From positions 41,170,001 to 41,234,000 of the forward strand of contig NC_087245.1 of assembly GCF_037042905.1 (NCBI RefSeq): DNA of 64,000 nucleotides, written 5' to 3'. How positions within the stretch are numbered: the first letter of the stretch is position 1; every line of letters starts with the position of its first letter. The stretch is from Lytechinus pictus. Lineage: Eukaryota. The notes under the pieces were generated by a model. That model saw nothing but the letters and a program-made list of their open reading frames with translations, did not search any database and had not been told where the DNA came from. Shown in pieces: positions 50,601-62,018 of this stretch. Made by a program: the position numbers and the translations under genes.

Positions 50601-52429
50601 TCAGAAAAACCATTAACCTTGCCTCAACCACAACAGTACTTGCCAAACTGGATAAATCAACATTATATCAAGCTGTGTAGAAGAACTTAATGATCATGTA
50701 GATACCATTAAGTGCATACATATATAATGTCTTTCAAGCTGTATGACAAAAATATTCTTTTCCATCCAACATCAGCTTCTACTATTTTTTAAGGTTAGTT
50801 TTTATTGTCATGTTGGCAAATTGTGAAATAGTTCATGTTGAAATATGTTGTATTACCTGTCATGCATTTGTAATGTTATTTTTTTAGAATATATTTGTCA
50901 TCATTTTCAGTACATAAAAGTTTATTCAATGTATGCCTTTACCAAAGTTGGCCGTAAGCACAGTGGGTACCAACTATCACTGAAGACAACACAACAATTA
51001 CTCAAAATATATGCATAGCCTTATGAATGTACAAGTCAATAAAATCTACTATGACTACATAGCTTTTTTTTGTGCAACACAGTCATATTTCATTTGGATC
51101 AATTCAAAATTGAGTGGTGTTTTGGGGGTAATGCTATGGTAACTGCAGTTCTGTTGTCCTCTGACAGTTGGTGTTGTAAGGATGTGATTGGCAGTGTGTG
51201 GACGTCATGTTATAAGAGAAAAAAGAAAGTTAAAGTGAGAGTGTTGGCTTTGAAATGGACTCAACCTATGAAAGTTAAAGTTTGTGCTGCAGAAACTGGT
51301 GTGGTAGTGGGATGATAATGATGATGAGGAACAGGGCCGGTATTCAATGCTACTCTTAAAGCCACAATTTCAAGTATATTTTACTCAGTATTTTGCAAAA
51401 GTAAAATACTTATCCATCTTTGGTATTCAATTCATTTTTTTTTTGCTAAATATTTTGCTTAAATGTAAGTCAGCCATCTACTAGACTTAAGTCTACATAT
51501 ACAAAAATGATACGCACAGAAATACATTCACACATTTGGCACTATTTGGCTCAAAATTTATAACATCACAATGGGTATTAGTATTTAGTTCAATTTGGAT
51601 AAGGTAAATTCTGAGATCTGATCTGCATACAAGTTTAAGCATTTTGATAAGCCAGCCAAATTGCTAAGTAAAATACTTACAAAATCAAAACTTAGAATTT
51701 AATAGGCGGCCGAGGTATTATTTTCTTCCAGAGGACATGTACAGATTTCTTGTTGACAAAGGATGACATGATGATTATTTTGCAAATATGGCTTATTAAA
51801 AAATATATTATGTATATTCCATTTCAGTGACAATTGCATTTTTGGGGAGGGGATATTACGTATTTGGGAATGGAAAAGTTCAAAATTAATGCAAACTTAA
51901 CCTATTACGCAGGGGGGGGGGGGGGCTCTGAGCTCTGCGATTTAAAAAAAAAAGTCTTTTGCATGTTTTGAGACCAGTTTTGCGAAGCCCGGGTACTGGG
52001 TTCTGAAAATTACCAAACAATTTGTAAGTGCATATCAGACAAAAATGGCTCAAAATTGTGATATTTGTGTACCACGTCAATGGAATATGCGTTTTCAACC
52101 AAAATTCATGAATGCCTAATTGTTTTTAGTTTTGTTGAACTAAACTGATTTATTTTATGCTGTTACGAGAGTCCGAGCATCGTTGAAAAAAAAACAATGC
52201 AATACAAAGGTAAAAACACAAGAAATACATTATCGAAGAACACCACAAAGAGTTTCTAAACCAAAAATTAGAACATTTGGAGCTTTATTTAGGGAGTTAG
52301 AGGAATAGGTACGTATAGTATACTAATTATGCACAAATGAGCATAATCAATTAATAGCAATTTGCATGAAATAAATGACTACACAATTTTGTGGATTATT
52401 AAAAGCAATTGCGATCTTTTTCTTCACTA

Positions 52430-55400
52430 TTCATTGTTTTTAGAAACCTCATTGTAGACTTGCCTCATGCACCTCTCAAGATGGCTTCATCATTTGAATT
52501 ATATTCTACACTTATCATTCTTTAAAAAAAAATCATTGTAGACATGCCTCACCTCCTCTCAAATTGCCTTCACCATAACTTGTAATACAGTTTATTCTTT
52601 TTATAAACCTCCATTAACTAATTGCCTCACCTCCTTTTAAATTGGCTTCACCATAATTTGTAATACAGTTTATTCTTTTTAAAAACCTCCATTGAAACTT
52701 GCCTCACCTCCTTTTAAACTGGCTTCACCATAATACAGTTTATTCTTTTTAAAAACCTCCATTGAAACTTGCCTCACCTCCTTTTAAATTGGCTTCACCA
52801 TATACAGTTTATTCTTTTTAAAAACCTCCATTGAAACTTGCCTCACCTCCTTTTAAATTGGCTTCACCATAATACAGTTTATTCTTTTTAAAAACCTCCA
52901 TTAAAACTTGCCTCACCTCCTTTCAAATTTGTAGTACAGTTTATTCTTTTTAAAAACCTCCATTGAAACTTGCCTCACCTCCTTTTAAACTGGCTTCACC
53001 ATAATACAGTTTATTCTTTTTAAAAACCTCCATTGAAACTTGCCTCATCTCCTTTTAAATTGGCTTCACCATATACAGTTTATTCTTTTAAAAAACCTCC
53101 ATTGAGGCTTGCCTCACCTCCTTTTAAATTGGCTTCACCATAATTTGTAGTACAGTTAATTCTTTTTTTAAAACCTCCATTGAAACTTGCCTCACCTCCT
53201 TTTAAATCGGCTTCACCATAATACAGTTTATTTTTTAAAACCTCCATTGAAACTTGCCTCACCTCCTTTTAAATTGGCTTCACCATAATACAGTTTATTT
53301 TTTAAAACCTCCATTGAAACTTGCCTCACCTCCTTTTAAATTGGCTTCACCATAATACAGTTTATTCTTTTTAAAAACCTCCATTGAGGCTTGCCTCACC
53401 TCCTTTTAAATTGGCTTCACCATAATTTGTAGTACAGTTAAATCTTTTTTTAAAACCTCCATTGAGGCTTGCCTCACCTCCTTTTAAATTGGCTTCACCA
53501 TAATTTGTAGTACAGTTTATTCTTTTTAAAAACCTCCATTGAGGCTTGCCTCACCTCCTTTTAAATTGGCTTCACCATAATTTGTAGTACAGTTAAATCT
53601 TTTTTTAAAACCTCCATTGAGGCTTGCCTCACCTCCTTTTAAATTGGCTTCACCATAATTTGTAGTACAGTTTATTCTTTTTAAAAACCTCCATTGAAAC
53701 TTGCCTCACCTCCTTTCAAATTTGTAGTACAGTTTATTCTTTTTAAAAACCTCAATTGAAACTTGCCTCACCTCCTTTCAAATTTGTAGTACAGTTTATT
53801 CTTTTTAAAAATCTCCATTAAAACTTGCCTCACCTCCTTTTAAATTGGCTTCACCATAATTTGTAGTAGTTTATTCTTTTTAAAAACGGACTTGCCTCGC
53901 CTCCTTTTAAATTGCCTTCACCATAACTTGTAATACAGTTTATTCTTTTTAAAAACCTCCATTGAAACTTGCCTCACCTCCTTTAAAATTGGCTTCACCA
54001 TAATTTGTAGTACAGTTTATTCTATTTATAAACCTCCATTGAAACTTGCCTCACCTCCTTTTAAATTTGTAGTACAGTTTTTTTTTTTTTAAACCTCCAT
54101 TGAAACTTGCCTCACCTCCTTTTAAATTGGCTTCACCATAATACAGTTTATTCTTTTCAAAAACCTCCATTGAGGTTTGCCTCACCTCCTTTTAAATTGG
54201 CTTCACCAGCATAACTTGTAATACAGTTTATTCTTTTTAAAAACCTCCATTGAATCTTGCCTCACCTCCTTTCAAATTTGTAGTACAGTTTATTCTTTTA
54301 AAAAACCTCAATTGAAACTTGCCTCACCTCCTTTTAAATTGGCTTCACCATAATACAGTTTATTTTTTTAAACCTCCATTGAAACTTGCCTCACCTCCTT
54401 TTGAATTGGCTTCACCATAATTTGTAGTACAGTTTATTCTTTTTTAAAAACCTCCATTGAAACTTGCCTCACCTCCTTTTAAATCGGCTTCACCATAATT
54501 TGTAGTACAGTTTATTCTTTTTTTAAAACCTCCATTGAAACTTGCCTCACCTCCTTTTGAATTGGCTTCACCATAATTTATATTCTTTTTTAAAAACCTC
54601 CATTGAAACTTGCCTCGATCGCCTCCTTTTAAATTTGTAGTACAGTTTATTCTTTTTAAAAACCTCAATTAATTGAAACTTGCCTCACCTCCTTTTAAAT
54701 TGGCTTCACCATAATACAGTTTATTCTTTTTAAAAATTAACCTCCATTAAAACTTGCCTCACCTCCTTTTAAATTGGCTTCACCATATTGTAGTACAGTT
54801 TATTCTTTTTTAAAAACCTCCATTGAAACTTGCCTCGCCTCCTTTTAAATTTGTAGTACAGTTTATTCTTTTTAAAAGCCTCAATTGAAACTTGCCTCAC
54901 CTCCTTTTAAATTGGCTTCACCATAATTTGTAGTACAGTTTATTCTTTTTAAAAACCTCCATTGAAACTTGCCTCACCTCCTTTTAAATTGGCTTCACCA
55001 TAATACAGTTTATTCTTTTTAAAAACCTCCATTAAAACTTGCCTCACCTCCTTTTAAATTGGCTTCACCATAATACAGTCTATTCTTTTTTAAAACCTCC
55101 ATTGAAACTTGAGCTCACCTCCTTTTAAATTGGCTTCGCCATAATATTCAGGTAAGGTATATTCATTCTTTTTTTTAAAAACATCATTGTTCACTTCCCT
55201 CACCTAGATCATTTGGCTATATATAATACCTTTTATTCTACACTATTCTTCCCTTTAAAAAAACCTGATTGTACTCCTGCCTCCCCTGATCTGACATTTG
55301 CCTCTCAACGTACTGGAAATAGATACCCTTTTTTCAATATTTTTGTGTTTTTGACACCCTTATCACGTTACGTACGTAACGTGCCCTCTCTTGAAAAAGA

Positions 55401-55644
55401 CATCCTTTTTACGTGTTTTTTTGGTCGCGCATGGTATCCACTCGTCAATATAAGTGGCCCCCCGGGCGTACTGTACATAGTGTTATTTTATTATCTCCTT
55501 ATATCGGAAACTTCGTTTTACCGAATTGCCATGCACTCTCCGACGCGTTTGAAGTCTTAGACAGCATGGCATACTACCAGCCGATGGTACACACACGCAC
55601 ACACACACACGTTATTTGACAACTTGTCTCTGGAGCCAAAGTTC
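52430..55644 (-). repeat. Right arm of large inverted repeat: ~70 bp satellite array (52430-55145) + ~500 bp unique DNA
   Basis: Reverse complement of the left arm; inner edge fades into degenerate units; no SINE insertions. Confidence 0.95.
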
Positions 55645-55699
55645 CTCGCATATAACTATCTGCATGCCTGCACGCAGTGTGTATTGAACACACACGACC

Positions 55700-55810
55700 A
55701 CGATCTAATGAATATTCATCGGCGAGACTGACGTCATTTTACGAGTCTCCTTTCAAACTTGGATCATAAGTGCCTACCTTAAATACCCCAAACTCACGTG
55801 TGTGCAGGAA
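55700..55810 (+). promoter_or_regulatory. Probable MRTO4 proximal promoter
   Basis: Palindrome ATGAATATTCAT 55708-55719, CRE TGACGTCA 55729-55736, E-box CACGTG 55795-55800, all just upstream of ATG 55834. Confidence 0.55.
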
Positions 55811-55833
55811 AGTGTGAATTCAAAGACAAGAAG

Positions 55834-55861
55834 ATGCCGAAATCAAGACGTGACAAACGAA
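55834..55861 (+). CDS. MRTO4: MRTO4 exon 1 (mRNA turnover protein 4 / 60S assembly factor)
   Basis: MPKSRRDKR followed by A|GTGAGT; matches the conserved MPKSKRDK start. Confidence 0.92.
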
Positions 55862-56204
55862 GTGAGTACAGTTTTTATGAAATTCAAGTTTCATTTATTT
55901 AATTGTCCTGTGTGTGATTTGGTTAGAACAGACAGGTGTATTTATATAGAATTCTTTGAAATAACGCACGAAAAACATTTTCAGTTTTTCATCACGGTCC
56001 CACTAACCGACAATGACGTCTGTTAATACCGTACGTGTCTATGAATTCTTGATATTGCTGTAAAATGGTAGACTGAGAAAATGTTGAGATAGATACCCAT
56101 CCTATAATTCTTGATTACAGTGCTTATAGATTTTCAAAATGTGAGGTCAGAATATCAAAAAATTACAGCTCACTGAGACTCATACCGAGGAGATCATTTA
56201 TTGG

Positions 56205-56886
56205 TAGGGTGTCTGGAGAAAAAAATTATTTTTCTTATTTCAAGAAAATATCACATTTTCTTTGTGAATTTGAAGAGAAATGACCTTCAGACTGACAGAA
56301 ATGTAACATTTTTGAAAAAAATCCAATTATTGGCTGCAAAAAAGAAGAATGAAATTGGGTAAATTTTCAGCATTTCTCTGCCATAGACTGTGTAGTTAAG
56401 AAATGGACACACACAAATCCAAATTTTTAGCTTCCGAGAGCTGTTATAAATTTATTATTAATGCCAAAAACTTGTCCATAAAGAGTCCAATAGGATTTTT
56501 TATGCTCTATCTGATGGTATGATTTTTATAAAGATTTGGAAACCAGATCACAATGAAAAATTGCGACAAAGTGAAAAAAATTGTGCAAAACAGAAATTTC
56601 ATTTTCCCATAGAAAACGCATGGAGAAATGGCAATTTCAACACACACAAAAATAAGGGTTTGCAATTTATCTCTAAATCCTTATTTAAAATGATCATATA
56701 AACTTGTCCTTACTGTCAGAAGAAGCTCCTGAATTTTCTCTTTCCATACATGCCAAACACAAGTTAATAATCAATTCAGATCACATTTTTCTAGTAGCCT
56801 GAACTTCCCCGAAAAAATGTGCCATATTTTCCCCTAAATTAGCCTGTTTTAGGCTGACACTTTTCAGTGTGGCTTCAGACACCCTA
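56205..56886 (+). mobile_element. ~680 bp non-autonomous DNA transposon, copy A
   Basis: TIR tagggtgtctg / cagacacccta; 7-bp TSD TTATTGG. Confidence 0.92.
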
Positions 56887-57070
56887 TTATTGGGGTGTGG
56901 AAACGACCCACAACGAACAACAACAACAACAACGGTAGACCTAAAGCTTCAGTCTTTGTATTTGGTTGTTCCGCTGAACTCTGTTGGCTCCACTCACCAA
57001 TACATTGTCTTTCACTTGGTGACAGTACGATTTGCGTACTGTCGCCAAGCGAAAGACAATGAAATCAAGA

Positions 57071-57758
57071 TAGGGTGTCTGAAGCCACACTGAAAAGTGT
57101 CAGCATAAGAGACTAGAGAGGCTGATTTAGAGGAAAATATGGCACATTTTTTTGGGAAGTTCAGGCTACTAGAAAAATGTGATCTGAATTGATTATTAAC
57201 TTGTGTTTGGCATGTATGGAAAGAGAAAATTCAGGGGCTTCTTTTGACAGTAAGGACAAGTTTATATGATCATTTTAAATAAGGATTTAGAGATAAATTG
57301 CAAACCCTTATTTTTGTGTGTGTTGAGATTGCCATTTCCCCATGCGTTTTCTATGGGAAAATGAAATTTCTGTTTTGCACAATTTTTTTCACTTTGTCGC
57401 AATTTTTCATTGTGATCTGGTTTCCAAATCTTTATAAAAATCATACCATCAGAAAGAGCATTAAAAATCCTATTCGACTCTTTATGGACAAGTTTTTGGC
57501 ATTAATAATAAATTTATAACAGCTCTCGGAAGCTAAAAATTTGGATTTGTGTGTGTCCATTTCTTCACTACACAGTCTATGGCAGAGAAATGCTGAAAAT
57601 TGACCTAATTTCATTCTTCTTTTTTGCAGCCAATAATCGGATTTTGTTAAAAAATGTTACATTTCTGTCAGTCTGAAGGTCATTTCTCTTCAAATTCACA
57701 AAGAAAATGTGATATTTTCTTGAAATAAGAAAAATAATATTTTTCTCCAGACACCCTA
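57071..57758 (-). mobile_element. ~690 bp non-autonomous DNA transposon, copy B (inverted relative to A)
   Basis: Same TIRs; 7-bp TSD ATCAAGA; near-identical reverse complement of copy A. Confidence 0.92.
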
Positions 57759-58831
57759 ATCAAGATAAACATGGTGCCGGTGGCAAGTTTTTCCCCTTTT
57801 CATAAAATTTTTCTCGTTTTTTGAATGAATTCTTGTTTAAAAATGAAATCACTAACGTAGAAATGTCGGAAATGTAGTTGTATCTCATGTACATGATTTA
57901 GGGCTAGATCTTTTAGAAAGAAAGTAGAAATCTTGGGGGCGAAAGTTAGAGGTTTTTTGGCGGTACGTGTAAGTTAGATGAAATAAGCATACGTTACTGT
58001 GGGGCGCTCTTCCCGAGCATTTCATGGGGCGGTCTGTACTGTCCGATCTTCCCCTTGCATTGTAGTATAGTATCTTTACTTTACATCTCGCTTTTCTCCT
58101 TTCATAAAATCATGCACACACGTTTCGCCCTATGTACCGCCATCACTTTAAGTTGTGACATGACCATGATGACAGCAGAATGACATGAGAAATAGAGAAA
58201 GAACGATAAGAGTATTAATTAGCAAGTAATTAGCGGAGAAAATTATGTGGAACAATTCATTTCAAAATCACAATTTCTTGAAAACTATCAGAATACGGTA
58301 TCATGTAAAACTAAAGGGCTACGTCGCACCACGGAAAATCCGGTTCCAAACAAGCATGTCCGGCTCTGCTAGCCCTAGCTAGCTGCGCCGGCACGCTGGC
58401 AAATCTAGCATGGCTGGCTGGCGGGAAGTGGAAATGCGCCAGTGTCTATGCATGGACATCATCCGGTTATCAATGATAAGATCGTAATTTGCTGAAATGA
58501 TTCTGAAACATCCTGTACCTTTGAGGATTGATGATGAATGATGCAACAATTATTTCCGATAATTGTTCCCCACTTTTTGTATGATTTTTTTCCCGGTGTC
58601 GCTCGCGCTTTTCATGTGATGAATGAAGAGCTTGTGGAATGCACGCGTGTCACATGCAACGCGTGTTTTCTACACTGGCGAGAATGTTGACTGGCATTGC
58701 CTTTGTTTGTGAAAGCTGGAGTGGAGCTTTCAAGTTAGAATATTGACGATGACTGAAATGATAACTTACAATCTTTTTATTAGCTAAAATCTTGCCCAGA
58801 TTTATTCTCCATTATCTAATTGATGACCTGA

Positions 58832-59189
58832 TACCCCTTTCACAAACCCAATTATGCGGATAATATCGGCATAATTTGGTTGTAAAATCGGAGCGGGACC
58901 AGAGTTATCCGCATTATTTCGATGCTGCAATTACCTGCATAATAGCAGCATCTGGACCAGATTTTGGCTTTGTGAACGCATTTCCAAAGTAATGCGGATA
59001 ATTGCCATGGTGCGGTCACAAAAGGTCACCCTTTTCCAACACAACCCCATCGGAGGGGGCGTGTGCAGTTGCCATGACAATTATCCGCCTTTTTCAGGTC
59101 GGGCGCTCGTAAAAAAATAGTGCGGATTATTTTCGGAGTTTGTGAATGCAATTTTTATTGAATTGGAGGATGGGTTTGTGAAAGGCGTA
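58832..59189. mobile_element. PIF/Harbinger-type MITE, copy 2
   Basis: Same family as 8618-8999 with a small internal deletion; 3-bp TSD TGA. Confidence 0.9.
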
Positions 59190-59575
59190 TGAATTTTAGG
59201 CACATTTTTGGTCAGTAGGAATGAACAGCTAGCTCTATTTCAACTTTGATCTCATATTTTCAACAATCGTAGTTCAAATGTTGGTACATGTAGGACTTTG
59301 TCTTTGTTGAAAGAATGTAAATCATAGGCACACCTTGTATACATAGATATCAAACTTTCATAATTTTTTGCATCAAATTTTGATGAAACTTTTTAGAACT
59401 TTTCGCTATCTCTCTTCTCTTTCAATTCAAATGGATATTTCCGCAGGGTTTATTTTCCTTGCAGCATTTTCAAATGGACAAATGAATGAGATATGTGTAG
59501 TGTATAGTGAGTTTCTTTTTAATATGAGCTGAACATGTATGATAAAATTGAGTTATTTCTTTGTATTTATTCCAG

Positions 59576-59634
59576 TTTCACTTACAAGAACAAAGAAGAA
59601 AGGTCTTGAGACCAAGCAGAGTCTGATTGAGGAG
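59576..59634 (+). CDS. MRTO4: MRTO4 exon 2
   Basis: ttccAG acceptor; ISLTRTKKKGLETKQSLIEE; GAG|GTGAGT. Confidence 0.95.
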
Positions 59635-59650
59635 GTGAGTTATCTTTTAA

Positions 59651-60045
59651 AGCTAAATGAAAGTAGTTGCAGTAAAACACTGATTTCGTGAGAAAATCTG
59701 TAAAACCAAGGTTAAGTATTAGTATATCATCATGGATCTAGATCTGGTACAGTTACATAAACTGAACTTTGTGAAATCATAAAATCTAAGCTGAAAAACG
59801 ATCACACTGAAGATCGCCAACACAGATAGGCACACGTGGGACAGTGTATTATTATTGCTGGAATAAAAACCCGACGGAAGTGCCCAAATCCGCGCTTGTT
59901 ATGCTTATTTCTCAGCAATTACACAATTTCTTCCAGAATCCTTTGGCACATATTTTGTATTCATACAAACACACACTTGGGTGGTCATTATATTGGATTT
60001 TGTAAAAAGTCATTTTGAGATCGTTACCACAACTGGCATTTATCT
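59651..60045. mobile_element. MITE with TTAA TSD (Kolobok-like)
   Basis: TTAA|agctaaatg..agttgcagtaa ... ttaccacaact..catttatct|TTAA; starts 16 bp after the MRTO4 exon 2 donor. Confidence 0.75.
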
Positions 60046-60361
60046 TTAAGAATATTTTTGTCCATTGATTTTAATAGGAAGAATATTAAAGGGTTAACTC
60101 TTCAGACAAAGCAAATAAATATGATAAGCAGAATAGTTGTTGGTCCTTTTGCATAATATTCAGTATTTTGGTAACATTGCCATCTAACGGTAAAGTGTAC
60201 CAATGTGACGATGCTCACCTGCCAATCAAATCAAGGATCCCTTGGGAGTAACCATTTGATGGCAGAGGTATTATAATAGTAACTTTTCTGCAAGAGTACC
60301 TGAATGCTTGAAGCAATCAGTTGAGCATTTCAAACGATTCATCAATTTCTTTGATTGCTTA

Positions 60362-60508
60362 GGGGCCCGTTGCAGAAAGAGTTGCGATCAAACGCAACTC
60401 AAAAAATCTTGCGCAACTTGATTTTCAGCCAATGAAGCACCCGTATTTGGGACTTGCGCTTGATATTTTGACTTGCGTTTAAACGCAACTCTTTCTGCAA
60501 CAGGCTCC
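60362..60508. mobile_element. ~147 bp MITE with central cagccaat
   Basis: ggggcccgttgcagaaagagttgcg / cgcaactctttctgcaacaggctcc. Confidence 0.85.
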
Positions 60509-60547
60509 TTGTCAGGGTCTTTAAAGACTTTTTTTTCCTTTTTCCAG

Positions 60548-60651
60548 GTTCGAGACAGTGTGGACAAGTATGCCCGGATAGTCGTGTTCTCGGTGGAGAA
60601 CATGAGGAACAGCAAGATCAAAGATGTCAGGAATAACTGGAAGCATAGCAG
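60548..60651 (+). CDS. MRTO4: MRTO4 exon 3
   Basis: [34 protein letters not shown]; canonical AG/GT. Confidence 0.96.
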
Positions 60652-61868
60652 GTAGGCCAGTGTTCAACCCCCCCCCCCCCAATATAGGCATTCAATTGCA
60701 TTGTATATAAGCCCTCTATGGTGCAGAAAATTGGACATTGAATTGAATAGAGTCACATGAAAAAGATACTGTCATTCAAGCTGTCGGTCTGGCGCAAAAT
60801 GCTCCAGGTCAGTCGGAGAGGAAGGAAAAGTAATGCAAGGATGCAGGAGAGAGAAAGGATCCCTAAAGGTGAAGGTCTACACTACTAATGCAGATGAAGA
60901 AGAGAAAACTAACCAAATACAGCCATTAGAAATGGCCAGGTAGGGTAGTTTAAAGTACGATGGAAGGTGAAGTGGAAGGATATGCCAGGCCAGGTCAGAG
61001 GAAGACTTAATGGATAGATAATATCAGGAATTGGACAGTAGGTGGAATAGCCATGGCCAAAGAAAATGCATACAAGAGAATGCCAATCATTCTTTAAGGG
61101 CTATGGCAACACAGTAGGAGTAGTCCTATAGCTTTGAATGGGTGGTTTGCTCACATTTTCTGACTGCAATCATGATCAGTCATGTGAACTAGACTAGGGA
61201 TGAGTTGTTACAAGTTTTTGACCAGTGCCTGCCTCTGATTTATGGGCAGAGACTGGCTGATTAGTGAAATAAAGAATGCATCAGAAATTCAGCGTTGCCA
61301 AAGACAAACCACTTCATGATCTATATTGAAAATGTCACATGATTTTAGATTTCAAACCTTGAATCAACCAAATAGGACTGGAACAATGAGACCGAGCAGG
61401 TTAGAGTCAAGCAAGAAAATTGAGAAAATCAAGAAATGTTATTTCCAAACAAGACTGAAAAGGTGACAGAGGCCAGGGTGATGTATTTTTTTCAGAGCAG
61501 AAGTGAATGACAGCCATTTTTACAGGAAAAAACAGTTTACGATATGCAAGTGTTTATATATATATATATAAAGACACATTCTGAACTCTAGTCTAAAATG
61601 TGGTTTGGTTCCTAAATTTTTTATTCTTTTTTAATTTTTTTTGTGGAATTTTGTCATTCATTATAATACAGTTTTCATAACATACCAAAATAATATGGTG
61701 ATTACTTCTCTTGGCTTGAATCATAGTGTACTTAATCTCATTCCAAACAACGATTTTCTTCGAGATTATTATAACATTCGCATTAAAACTAAACCTTAGA
61801 ATACTGTCCATGGAGCCTACAGTAGCTTGCTAATCATTTCTAATATCCTACCCTTCTTTGTCTGCTAG

Positions 61869-62018
61869 ATTCTTCTTTGGAAAGAATAAGGTGATGATGG
61901 TGGCCCTAGGAAAGACACCCGAAGAAGAATACAGGGACAACCTCCACCGGGTCAGCAAACTATTGATAGGCAACGTGGGACTACTCTTCACAAACCAAAC
62001 CAAAGAAGAGGTTGTTGA
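61869..62018 (+). CDS. MRTO4: MRTO4 exon 4
   Basis: [58 protein letters not shown]. Confidence 0.96.

Noticed and set aside
51060..51240. Minus-strand exon behind a U12-type AC acceptor (ctttaac...ataac)
   Set aside because: Branch site imperfect, no matching ATATCC donor identified, and the reading frames are short and unrecognisable
42455..55145. Satellite arrays as CRISPR-like arrays, or as a repeat protein (YGEANLKGGEASFNGGF)
   Set aside because: Units are head-to-tail with no unique spacers. Unit lengths (~61, 69, 70, 79 bp) mostly break frame and stops are frequent. No cas-like genes; eukaryotic context.
45940..55640. EMC1 head-to-head with MRTO4, as in human
   Set aside because: No minus-strand exons resembling EMC1 were found upstream of MRTO4 in this window
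58440..58760. Intronic C/D box snoRNA in MRTO4
   Set aside because: TGATGA and CTGA motifs occur, but I could not find a terminal stem, proper spacing or recognisable rRNA complementarity; a snoscan/Infernal search would be needed
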